From positions 59,396,001 through 59,460,000 of the forward strand of contig NC_043004.1 of NCBI RefSeq assembly GCF_006345805.1: a stretch of 64,000 nt of DNA, written 5' to 3'. Position 1 is the stretch's first letter. The number at the start of each line of letters is the position of its first letter. A program made the translations under genes and the position numbers. This document shows positions 15,465-27,698 of this stretch, piece after piece. Origin of the DNA: Octopus sinensis (lineage: Eukaryota). Below the pieces are notes generated by a model. It had not been told where the DNA came from, made no database searches, and worked only from the letters and a program-made list of their open reading frames with translations.

Positions 15465-16265
15465 GCGGCGAGCTGGCAGAATCATTAGCACACCGAGCGA
15501 AATGCTTATCGGTATTTCGTCTGCCGTTACGTTCTGAGTTCAAATTCCGCCGAGGTTGTCTTTGCCTTTCATGCTTTCGGGGTCGATTGAATAAGTACCA
15601 GTTACACACTGGGGTCAATATAATCGACTTAATCCGTTTGTCTGTCCTTGTTTGTCCTCTCTGTGTTTAGCCCCTTGTGGGTAGTAAAGAAATAGGTATT
15701 TCGTCTGCCGCTACGTTCTGAGTTTAAATTCCGCCGAGGTCGACTTTGCATTTCATATTTTCGGGGTCGATTAAATAAGTACCAGTTATGCACTGAGGTC
15801 GATATAATCTACTTAACCCCTTTGTCTGTCCTTGTTTATCCTCTCTGTGTTTAGCCCCTTGTGAGTAGTAAAGAAATAGGTATTTCGTCTGTCTTTACAT
15901 TGTGAGTTCAAAATCCGCGGAGATCGACATTGCCCTTCATCCTTTCGGGCTCAATAAATTAAGAACCAGTTACGCACTGGGGTCGATGTAATAGACTTAA
16001 TCCCTTCGTCTGTCCTTGTTTGTCCCCTCTGTGTTTAGCCCCTTGTGGACAATAAAGAAACAAGAAACGTTAGCACGCCGGAGGAAATGCTTAGCAGTAT
16101 TTCGTCAGTCTTTACTTTCTGAGTTAAAAATCCACCGAGGTCGACTTTGCCTTTCATCCTTCCGGGGTCGATGAATTAAGTACCAGTTGCGTCCTGGGGT
16201 CCATCTAATCGACTTGCCCCCTGCTCAAAAATTCCGGGCCTTGCGCCTAGAACAGAGAAGAATAT
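15465..16265 (+). mobile_element. family-A SINE tetramer (tails 1,1,1,2)
   Basis: full head ggcggcgagctggcagaa, two units restarting at ggtatttcgtctg, last unit restarting at gttagcacgcc. Confidence 0.9.
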
Positions 16266-16727
16266 TTTTGTTGAACTGGAAGAACATATTCAGCTAGCAG
16301 TGCAGAAGGTAACTCCGGATATGCTTTAAAATGTGTTTCCCAAGGGCACGTAGAGATTTGAAATTTGCAAGGATACAGACGGAGGATATGGTGAAGATTT
16401 TAAATAAACTTCTAAAGTAAGATTTATTAATCTCTTTGTTTTGGTAGCATAATTAAGTAATAAATTTAATATTCTGTCAACTTTTTAAAACATTGCCCGA
16501 TTTCATTGAAATACTTAATTCTGGGACACCCTACCCCACCCCACACACACTCACACAAATATATCTATTAGCAATGATTTCGTTGATGAAATTTTCCCCA
16601 CGTAATGAGTTGTGAAAAAGAACTTTTGACTACACATATATGTGTGTGTGTGTGGGTGTGTTTATACATACATACATACATACATACATACATACATACA
16701 TACATACATACATGCATACATACATAT

Positions 16728-16817
<90 letters not shown>

Positions 16818-17020
16818 TAATTATGGGCTCCTAAATAAGGATGCCAAGTGCTAGGGACACAAAAAGGGATAAACTTATCGAGAGTGAAAATCAAATCTTT
16901 CACAGGTCGCGGATTTTAGCGACGAAAATATTTTGACAAATTAAACTTAAATGTTGAAGTGAATCGAACGGCTTTTGTGTGTTTCTTAAATGGCTTATAA
17001 ACACCTTCCACGCTGCAATT

Positions 17021-17070
<50 letters not shown>

Positions 17071-17289
17071 CACGAGCTCCTTACAAATGCTACCAAATCC
17101 GCTCTTCAGATTTTGATCGGTGAGAGGCTAAAGTAGAAGACTTATACCCAATATGCCACGCAGTGGGAACGAAACCAAAACCATGTTGTTCGCAAGAAAA
17201 CTTAATACAACACAGTCACATCTACGTTCGTACAAGTTTATTCCAAAATTTATTCCATAACTGCTACATTAATTATTTCTGGCATTCAG

Positions 17290-17935
17290 TTTAGTTTTCA
17301 GAATTTGAAGACTCTGCATTATTCTTATCTTTTAGTTTTATTCTACGTCTTATTAGGCTTATATAATCTTAATTAGATGAACCTGATTATACACAGTAAT
17401 CTAATTTTCTGATATTGCTGTCTGTATATGATATTTTTTCCTCGTTGTTCTTCCCAAGATATTTTTATTTTGCTCTTCACATTTCTCACGATCCATAGAC
17501 TTTTCGTATATCTTCTCTGAATTCATGAACAATTTTAGTAGATATTTCAACTTGGTATTATCTCTTTGTAAAGAGTTTTAAGTCATCCATATAGATAGTA
17601 TGATTTATATTTTCTCTGTGGCATTTATAACAATTTTCTGATTTAATTCAGTAGATTTGTTAATGGGGTCAGCTCTAGACGGAATGAGATGGCTGCTTTC
17701 CATTTTAGTATGTTTGATGTGCTGTGTTAGTATCGGTGCTGCCTTATTTATGTGAGGTGTCTCCAGCTTCCAAGCGTGCAGTATACTATCAAAAGCTCTT
17801 TGGCTAATCAATTGAAGCTACGATAAGGCCTATGTTCCTCTTATAGCTATCTTCTATAATATCCCTTTTCACATCTAGCTGCACTTTACAGCCATACATC
17901 AATTTCAAGCGATATATCTGCTGTTCTTATGATAA
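17290..17935 (-). pseudogene. degenerate R4/Dong-like non-LTR RT fragment
   Basis: minus-strand GCKVQL (~GCKEQL), QRAFDSILHAW (~KKAFDSVPHSW), NHTIYMDDLKLFTK (~HLLYMDDLKLY). Confidence 0.7.
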
Positions 17936-18077
17936 TGTTATTGCTTTCCAGGTGAGCAACCAACCTGTTCTCCTGCATTTATTGTTGTTGCTGCTGCTGC
18001 TATAGTTATTATAGTTAACACAACAACAACAACAACAACAACAATAACAACAACAACAGCAGCAGCAGCAGCAGCAA

Positions 18078-18199
18078 CAATCCTGAAATTTTGCGGGAAG
18101 GGGACCAGTCGTTTATATCGACCCCAGTGTATCACTAGGACTTAATTCATCGACCTCGAAAGGAAGAAAGTTAAAGTCGACCTCGGTGGAATTTGAATT
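18078..18199 (-). mobile_element. family-A SINE fragment (tail 2)
   Basis: reverse-complement match to family-A core, flanked by (AAC)n/(AAT)n. Confidence 0.7.
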
Positions 18200-18257
18200 A
18201 ATAATAATAATAATAATAATAATGATGATGATAATAATAATAATAATAATAATAATG

Positions 18258-18291
<34 letters not shown>

Positions 18292-18293
18292 TA

Positions 18294-18354
<61 letters not shown>

Positions 18355-18435
18355 CATAAAAATAATAATGATAATGATAATAATAATAATAATGATAATA
18401 ATAATAATAATGATAATAATAATAATAAAAATATA

Positions 18436-18484
<49 letters not shown>

Positions 18485-18501
18485 TAATAATGATGATAAT
18501 G

Positions 18502-18546
<45 letters not shown>

Positions 18547-18578
18547 TTATCATAAAAATAATAATGATAATGGTAATG

Positions 18579-18636
<58 letters not shown>

Positions 18637-18658
18637 TTAATAATAATAAAATAATAAT
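18200..18658. repeat. (AAT)n/(GAT)n array
   Basis: direct. Confidence 0.95.
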
Positions 18659-19209
18659 GCCTTGATGCAGTACCAGGCAGTGGCTTTCATGTCTTCTGAT
18701 CTTAACTTATTGGAAGTGTTATGTACATTGTTTTGTCTTGATACAAAAGATGGGCTACAACAAATATTCTGCTCAATACCACAGATTTGCTTGTCACTTG
18801 TTCGACTGTAACCAGTTGAGCATGTCCATTAGTGGCTGACGATATGTGCATCTCTGATCACGAGCGGATGTAGTGGGGGAACATCATAGCCATGTGTTAA
18901 GAGGAATTCTCAAGGGTTTGGATAATTCTCCTCTGGAAAGATGGGTGTTTCGTTCAACATCCGTAAAGAACTCTTATTCAAAGACCTTTCGAACGGTATG
19001 GGCTACACGATCTGAAGAAAATTCTAACTGGGCCCCACCTGCAAGGTCATGCGCTGTTTATCTGGCTATGAGATAACCCTGTGGCGCATATATGGTTGTG
19101 ATGCATGTACCTGGTGTACCCTTATCAGACGAGTAGTCATGATGGCTATACTGGGCTTTGTATATTTTACCCCAGTGTCACTTTGATGGCATGCCATGTC
19201 CCCTCACTC

Positions 19210-19210
<1 letters not shown>
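18659..19210. mobile_element. family-D ~550-bp non-autonomous repeat, (AAT)n on both sides
   Basis: highly similar to 48904-49297 and 48440-48528; no ORF; orientation uncertain. Confidence 0.75.
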
Positions 19211-19246
<36 letters not shown>

Positions 19247-20038
19247 TTAATAATAATAATACTAAGTTCTACTATAGGCAGAAGGACAGAAAATTTCGGT
19301 GACGAGATTGTTCGATGACATCGTCCCCAGTAACTAACTGGTTCAAATTCCAGAGAGGGGTAAATTTTGCCTCTCGTCTTTCGGGGGTTGATAACACAAG
19401 TACCAGTTCAGCATTGGGGGAGATTTCTTTGATTGACCCCTTTCCGAAAAAAAGTTCAGAACTTGTGCATATAGTAGAAGGAAAAATAATGTGTGTACGC
19501 AATAAGAATTATCGAGAGACGTTTCTAAAGTTCCAGTGAAGTAATCTCTATCAGGATAGTTTCGATTTATATGGTGTCAGAACATAAGCACATATTATTA
19601 AATTTGTTTCTAGCGTAAACTCTATAAGCTTCATAATGGATATACAGATCACGCTGCCCTTTCTCGGATTTAATTCAAGCAATCATCTTAACAAAATTAA
19701 CGACACGTGTACGAAACCATATATAAACATTTTAGATCTATCCGATACTCATCAGTAAACCTAGCAGGAACCTTTTCACCGTTGCTTAATACATTTCTGA
19801 GCGAGCAGCTAGATAAATCATACGTGTCCCTTACTATGGGATTGTTTACTGATTACAATGTTATTCCGTGCTATTTTTTGTTCATTTTGTTTTATATAAT
19901 CGCTAGTTTAATTATGGTTTGTTATCTTTTCATATTAGAGGAAAAGGAACCATCACGGTGATAGATACAACTGAACTGGTGAACACAACAAACAGAGTAT
20001 ATGTCGTTGAATGTGCCCGCGTGTGAATGCAATGGCGC

Positions 20039-20079
<41 letters not shown>

Positions 20080-20529
20080 TGTGCAGATCTGTCAATGTGT
20101 GTATACGTGGGCGTTCTGGCGTACATGTTGGAATACGAGTGTGTATCTGAGTGATTTTTATATGCGTGTATGTAAATGGCTCTCGAGAAAAACTGGATCT
20201 TTCAAGAAGGAATCTCGAGTTAACTGCAATTGAACAATAGTCTTTTGAATTACAGTGAATAGGTAATGCGTAGACGTATAGAATTGTTTTTGGTATGTAT
20301 GCATGAAGGTGAGAGTATATATGCATTTGTGTGTATATATATATATATACATACGTATATACATATGTATGTATATATAATATGTATATAAATATATATA
20401 TATATATATATATACAAATGTATACATACATATATAAACAAGTGTATATGCATATATGTATATTTATAATGAATTTATGTGTGTATATATATAATGTGTG
20501 TATATATATGTACGTGTATATATATTATA

Positions 20530-20562
<33 letters not shown>

Positions 20563-21782
20563 CATACACACACATATATACATGCAGAGGAGGAGAGAGA
20601 AAGAAAGAGAGAGAGAGAAAAGGAGGAAAGAGAAGAAAAATTCTAATGTCTATAAAAATGTACGTGCAGTGTGCATGTGTGTTTAGATGTTCCTAGTTGC
20701 AAAAGAGTCTGTATGCGCATGTTCTTTTCTTATCGAATAACTTCATTCGATCTTCCAGAACTAATCGAAGAAATAAGAGAAAATAATGGCACCGACCGAC
20801 ATAAAACACGATTCACGTCTGTTTGAGAGATTGAAATACGATTTGGAAATTCTCTGCCCATTATACGTGATCTTGCAATCAGGAAAATAATTGTTTCTTT
20901 TCTTCTATCTGGGTATTCGGTTCTTGTTTCGTGTTTACCTTCTCCCAGGAGGCGATGGAAAGGAGGCTCTTTTAAAATTCAAAATGGCACAATGGTTTCA
21001 GACTTTTGAGTGTTTTCCATTGAATAGTTCGGATAAGAATCTAGCATTTAGAAATGGAATTAAGAAGCACAAATATATGGACACATATATCTTCGTGTTT
21101 TAAGATTTATTTGATTTGCTCGGACATTTTGTTTTATATTTATAAATTTATTTCATTTTTTTCTTTCATTTTCTTTCATTTTATGTATTTGTTTAGTATA
21201 ACCACGTTGTAGTGATGATGTCTTTTGATTGGACAGAATGATATGTTTTTCTTTTCTATCATTTCCTCTACAGTCGAGTGATTTTAACAAAGCATAATCC
21301 AATATTACTAGAAACCATAAAAAAGTACGTTATAAATATATCAAATTGTAAAGCATGAGATAATTGATAAAAAATTGCAATGAAAAAAGGTGGTCGATGA
21401 GAACCACATATAGAGGTTGGCTTGAACTGCAATTAAACAACAATTCTAACAAAATCAAATAGTGACATTTCTTGGACGCTGAAGTTCAAATGATTCGTGG
21501 CGGTAGAGCGTGGGAGATGCCTTACAAATTGTTAGCTGTAAAAGGCATGTAAAATGCAAGCCATAAGATTTGTCGTTATTTCCGCGAAATTGATAAAAGC
21601 ACAAATACTCTGCAGGACATTCTTCTCTTTTCGAAGGAGTTGTGGAAAGTGTACTAAAGGTCGGGTAGTCCAACATTCTCATGAACCAAGCAGTTGTTTT
21701 CACCGCTGAAGTGGCATGTAGAACCATAGATTCATTTATTATTAAAGAATGTACACACCGTATATATATATATGTATGTATA

Positions 21783-21842
<60 letters not shown>

Positions 21843-21849
21843 ACTTTTT

Positions 21850-22180
21850 TCTAGCTCTTTCTTCCTGTTCCTGTTGTATCTGTATTTAAAAGGGCCAGTC
21901 TTGTCGCACTCTGTGTCAGGCTGAATCTCCTCGAGAACTACGTTATGGGCACACGTGTGTGTGGAGTGCTCAGCCACTTGCACGTTAATAAATGAGCTGC
22001 GACGTCACTGGTGCCAAGCTGTATCTGTTGTTGCATTTCCCTTGGATAACACTGGTGGCGTGGAAAGGGGAGGCTGGTATGTGTGGGCGACTGCTGGTCT
22101 ATAAACAACCTTGCCCAGACTTGTGCCTCGGAGGGTATCTTTCTAGGTGAACTCCATGGCAGAAGGGGGTCACAATACAT
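21850..22180 (+). mobile_element. SINE 3' module (family C/E body plus further tail)
   Basis: matches 27430-27530 body and the reverse complement of the 55430-55600 tail. Confidence 0.65.
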
Positions 22181-22190
22181 ATAACATAGA

Positions 22191-22355
22191 CGTAGGAGTG
22201 GCTATGTGATAAGTAGCTTGCTTACGAACTACATGGTTCCGGGGTTCAATCCCAATGTATGGCACTTTGGGCAAGTGTCCTCTACTATACACTCGGGTCG
22301 ACCAAAGCCATGTGAGTGGATTTGGTAGACGGAAACTGAAAAAAGCCCGTCGTAT
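22191..22355 (+). mobile_element. family-B SINE 5' half
   Basis: head and body match; 3' half resumes at 23415. Confidence 0.85.
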
Positions 22356-22357
22356 AA

Positions 22358-22393
<36 letters not shown>

Positions 22394-22420
22394 AAGGGTG
22401 AAAAGGAACAAACGAGTTGA

Positions 22421-23358
22421 TATATATGAAAAAACAAGTAAAAAATAGAAAATGCTAAAATAATTTTATAGTGAACGTTTCAGTACCGGTTTCGGTCATT
22501 TTGAGACTTTTTCAACTGTAACGATTAAATAATTAAATTTAGAAAAATTAGAAGAAAAGTTTTTTTAAAAGAATATTTCTATAGTAGTGTTCAGATTTAA
22601 GTGGCATTCTGCCTTTCTCTGACTCCCTTGTTTGCACTTGTGTGTTCGAGGTAGTTGTGAGTTCTTGGTAGGGTAGTAGAGGGAAGGCTGGTGAGGAAAG
22701 CGGGGTGGGAGAATCTGGGAGTGCCCTGATGGTCGTATTTTGAATGGTCAGTGGCGGCTGGCAGTCTCAGTTCAATTCAGGAGAATATTTATATTGACAG
22801 GCTTGTCTATAGAATTAGCGTAGGTGTTATACTAAAAAACATTAGTAACAAACTTAAGGGGTAGGGGGTGGATCTTCTCCTTCTCCTTCTTCTTCTTCTT
22901 CTTCTTCTTCTTCTTCTTCTTCTCCACCCCTACCCCTTAAGTTTGTCACTAATGTTTTTTAGTATAACACCTACGCTAATTCTATAAACAAGCCTGTCAA
23001 TATAAATATTCTCCTGAATTGAACTGAGACTGCCAGCCGCCACTGACCATTCAAAATACGACCATCAGGGCACTCCCAGATTCTCCCACCCCCCATTCCT
23101 CACCAGCCTTCCCTCTACTACCCTACAAGAACTCACAACTACCTCGAACACACAAGTGCAAACAAGGGAGTCAGAGAAAGGCAGAATGCCACTTAAATCT
23201 GAACACTACTATAGAAATATTCTTTTAAAAAAACTTTTCTTCTAATTTTTCTAAATTAATTATTTAATCGTTACAGTTGAAAAGGTCTCAAAATGACCGA
23301 AACCGGTACTGAAATGTTCACTATAAAATTATTTAGCATTTTCTATTTTTTACTGTTT

Positions 23359-23368
<10 letters not shown>
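22421..23368. repeat. long inverted repeat, ~450-bp arms, (TCT)n spacer; Penelope-like terminal fragments
   Basis: 22421-22872 is a near-perfect reverse complement of 22923-23368; arm reads KYSPELN*D (~KPELNRD); minimal hammerhead motif. Confidence 0.9.
23274..23311 (+). ncRNA. minimal hammerhead ribozyme motif, U3-A8 core variant
   Basis: cag UUGAAAA ggtc-tcaaaat-gacc GAAA c-cg-g UA ctg. Confidence 0.6.
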
Positions 23369-23407
<39 letters not shown>

Positions 23408-23414
23408 GTATATA

Positions 23415-23645
23415 TGTATGTGTGTGTATACGTTTGTGTGTCTATGTTGGTCCCCCGCCACATCGCTTGAGAACCGATGCTAGTGTGTTTACCGCCCCGT
23501 AACTTAGCGGTTCCGCAAAAGAGAAAGATAGAATAAGCACTAGGCTTACAAACCATAAGTTCTGGGGTCGTTTTGCTCGACTAAAGGCGGTGCTCCTGCA
23601 TGGCCACAGTCAAATGATTGAAACAAATAAAAGAGTAAAAGAGTG
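23415..23645 (+). mobile_element. family-B SINE 3' half
   Basis: tail match. Confidence 0.85.
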
Positions 23646-23773
23646 TATGTGTGTGTGTATATATACATATATATACATATATATATACATTTATATGCAT
23701 ATATATATATATATATATATATGTATTAAAAAATCTATATAAAAATACAAAAGACACACACGCACGCACACAA

Positions 23774-23807
<34 letters not shown>

Positions 23808-24115
23808 GTGGAGGCGCAATGACCCAGTGGTTAGGGCAGCGGACTGGCGATTGTAGGATCGCGGTTTCGATTCCCAGACCGGGCGTTGTGAGTGTTTATT
23901 GAGCGAAAACGCCTAAAGCTCCAGAAGGCTCCGGCAGGGGTGGGTGGCGATCCCTGCTGTACCTTTTCGCCACAAATTTCTCTCTGTCTTTCTTCTGTTG
24001 GCCTGCTTGCTTAGCCAGCGGAGTGGCGTCATTTGAAGGCTAAAACAATGCAAAGTACATTGTGACCAGCGATGTGTAGCAACATCTGATAGCCTGGTCG
24101 GTCACGTTAATCACG

Positions 24116-24120
<5 letters not shown>
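23808..24120 (+). mobile_element. family-C SINE with alternative 3' module
   Basis: family-C head; 3' part differs from the 14946 and 27227 copies. Confidence 0.8.
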
Positions 24121-24163
<43 letters not shown>

Positions 24164-24633
24164 TGGCTACTTCGGTGATACCACAAAGTATTTTTGTTAT
24201 TATATTTCACTAGATGAACCTATCGCTTCAACTGATATGTCTTTATTGAAGTTGCCTGCCAGGTGTGATATACATTACGCCTAATGTTTATCAGCTCGTT
24301 CACATGTAACGTGCTTATTGATAATTCGCCAACTCACACTCTTATGTTGTATGATAGCATCATATCTAAATAAATATACTTCACATTAATCGCCGTAAGT
24401 AAAATACAACTGTTGAATGACAAAATTCCTAGACATTCTTATACATATAGTCGACGTGTGATCACTTCTGGGAGAAAATCATTCCGATAGCAATAAAGTC
24501 TCAACATCATTATGTAAATATCGAATTCAGGCGCTAAGTTTTAAACAAAACTATTATCCTCGACTCCTATTGTATTCATTATTTACATTACTTACAATTG
24601 ACGGATATTTGCATTCATCTTGTTTGTTGTTAA

Positions 24634-24677
24634 CACAACGTTTCGGCTGATATACCCTCTGGCCTTCATCAGGTGAC
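24634..24677 (-). ncRNA. minimal hammerhead-like motif in a Penelope-like footprint
   Basis: minus: cac CUGAUGA a ggc...gcc GAAA cgUU gtg. Confidence 0.4.
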
Positions 24678-24744
24678 TTGGGGGAAATTTCGAACCATGA
24701 ATTCTCATTCCTAAGGTATTTTTCAATGTTGTTCTTGTTGTTGT

Positions 24745-24750
24745 TGTTGT

Positions 24751-24783
<33 letters not shown>

Positions 24784-24794
24784 TATTATTATTA

Positions 24795-24890
<96 letters not shown>

Positions 24891-24960
24891 TCACTGCTAG
24901 GAATCGAAGTCGGAATCTTGGGGCTTAGTAGCCCGCGCTCTTAACCACTACGTCATATGC
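24745..24960 (-). mobile_element. short tRNA-head SINE with (AAT)n tail
   Basis: minus: gcatatgacgtagtggttaagagcgcgggctac...cttcgattcc then cagtgacctg(aat)n. Confidence 0.7.
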
Positions 24961-25190
24961 TCATCTCTTAAATATAGAACTGTCTCCGATTGTATTGTCG
25001 TTAAATTTTTATACCCAGTAATTTCGCTAACAATAAACGATTGATTACATTATCCATGATTACAATAAACAACACTCTATTACTGATACCTTTTATTATG
25101 GATTTCGAGGCCCAGCAGCTTTGATAAGAACAACATGTTTATAACTTGATCATTATAAAGATCCGCTTCCAATGTGTTACTGATATATAT

Positions 25191-25420
25191 TTCTTTACTA
25201 CCCACAAGGGGCTAAACACAGAGGGGACAAACAAGGACAGACAAATGGATTAAGTCGATTATATCGACCCCAGTGCGCAACTGGTACTTAATTTATCGAC
25301 CCCGAGAGGATGAAAGGCAAATTCGACCTCGGCGGAATTTGAACTCAGAACCTGAAGACGGACGAAATACGGTTACGCATTTCGCCCGACGTGCTAACGT
25401 TTCTGCCAGCTCACCGCCTT
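25191..25420 (-). mobile_element. family-A SINE, full length (tail 1)
   Basis: reverse complement of head, core and tail 1. Confidence 0.9.
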
Positions 25421-26099
25421 TCTGATATACTTTAGTTCGAAGACTGAGACTCACGTATTGTGATAACAATAACTGGTTGTTAAAATGATCTGTGATTATA
25501 ACAAGTGGCTTCTACGATATTGCTGTTACTGTCTTATTGTGATGGATTGTAACCGATGTCATACGATATTGACCAGGAATTACTTTGAATTTATTAATAA
25601 GATTGTGTGGCCGTACATTCTTACTTCTGCTACTTTGCGGAAACATTCAATTCAAAACAATTTACGCACAGAGTATATAACATAACAGAAGATATTGTAT
25701 ATAACAAAATTGTTGCTGCTACGCAAATGCCAAGCACTGGAGAGTCGTAAAAGGTTGTTTATATCCATAAATATTTTTCACTGGTTCTGTAAAGCGTTGA
25801 CAGCTACTTAGTAGTGACATACTACTCCCTAATAATTCAAAAGTAATAAAGACACATTACCTGTATAGAAGATGCAAATATGATCTTTACGTAGCAACGT
25901 GTTCCGCGTTCAATCCTATAATACGGTAGGCTGGGCAAATGTTTTCTACAATATGAGCGAAATCCCTTTGCAGAAATTGTTGGACGGATGTTCATCGGAT
26001 TGTTGGGTGTATATCCACACAGACACAGACACACGCACACACAGACACACATGCACTCACACAAACAGACACACACGTATATATATTCGTATGTATGTA

Positions 26100-26154
<55 letters not shown>

Positions 26155-26592
26155 TATTTTGACTTTGTTTACATATTTCTCGATAAATTTTGAGCGTTAG
26201 ACTATATACCAGAAACTCCTAGTTAGTCGGGTACGTTCTGCGTCTGCGCAGTGATCTGATTAGTTAGAAAGAGCAAATTAGTAGACGCACATGCTCCTAT
26301 TGAGGTGCCATTTCAGAATAACAGGGCTCTTACTGACGAGTCTCCCTGAGTAAATAAATTATTTTTATTGCTGAAAAAGACGAAACTGCAGTATAAGATG
26401 AACCAAGTTAGTAAAAGTTTTTATTTTCATTTCACTAAATTTATCAAGCTTCTGTGTATCTAGTACATACTTCGCCTTTTAATGTACTTATATATGAATA
26501 ATATATGGCCTGTGCTAGAACACCGGCGATAATAATAAATTTATTTTATCGCATTTTGACTTTGTTTATATATATATATATACATATATATA

Positions 26593-26623
<31 letters not shown>

Positions 26624-26639
26624 CATATATATATAATAC

Positions 26640-26700
<61 letters not shown>

Positions 26701-26739
26701 TATATTATATCTATATATATATATATATATATTAATATA

Positions 26740-26770
<31 letters not shown>

Positions 26771-27031
26771 ATATTATTGGTGAATTGAAGAATGGAGCTG
26801 AACGAAGATTGAACAGAAATCGTTTTATTTCATTCTACACGTGTTTCGAAAGGCAGTAATATTATCATCAATAATATTAAAATTCAATTATCCGCACCAA
26901 CGCACGGTTGCAACGCCATATGGTTGTACCTCCAACCGTGCTGTCTTCTGCTGTGATTTTTGCTACCAAGGTATCGGTTAAACTTTTGATTAATCTGCTA
27001 CAAGATTATTCATCTTTCTATTTCACACAAC

Positions 27032-27067
<36 letters not shown>

Positions 27068-27226
27068 CTGACCCTGCTTATTTCTGTGTTCCTTTCTGTT
27101 GATAAGCGTAGGCTCGAAACGTAAAAGACTTTCTCATTTCTCGAGCGTTAAACTAATTCATCTATTTGCTGTTTACACACCCGTCTTCGACTTTTGTTTT
27201 TTTTTTTGTAAATGTGTGTGTGTGTG

Positions 27227-27597
27227 TGGAGGCGCAATTACCCAGTGGTTAGGGCTGAGGACTCGCGGCCTTAGGATAGCGGTTTCGATTCCCAGACCGA
27301 TTGTTCTGAGCGTTTATTAAGCGAAAACACCTAGTGCTCCAGGAGTCTCCGGTAAGGGGTGGTAGTGAATCCTGCACCTGCTCTACGCTTTCACCACAAC
27401 TTTCTCTCACTCTTTCTGTTGTACTTGTATTTTAGCCTTGTCGCACTCTTTGTCTCGCTGAATCTCCCTGATAACTACGTTAAGTGCACACGTGTCAGTG
27501 GACTGCTCAGCCACTTGCACATTAATTTCACGATCAGGCTGTTCCGTTGATCGGATCAAGTAGAACACCCGTCATCGTAACTGACGGAGTGCCAGCC
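27227..27597 (+). mobile_element. family-C SINE with E-type body/tail
   Basis: family-C head, then ccttgtcgcactctttgtctcgctgaatc...gacggagtgcca. Confidence 0.8.
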
Positions 27598-27625
27598 TAC
27601 ATACATATATACATATATATTAATA

Positions 27626-27691
<66 letters not shown>

Positions 27692-27698
27692 ATATATA

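Noticed and set aside
27095-27130. ttgataagcgtaggctcgaaacgta hammerhead-like motif
   Set aside because: Stem II is out of register with the core; at most a Penelope-like footprint
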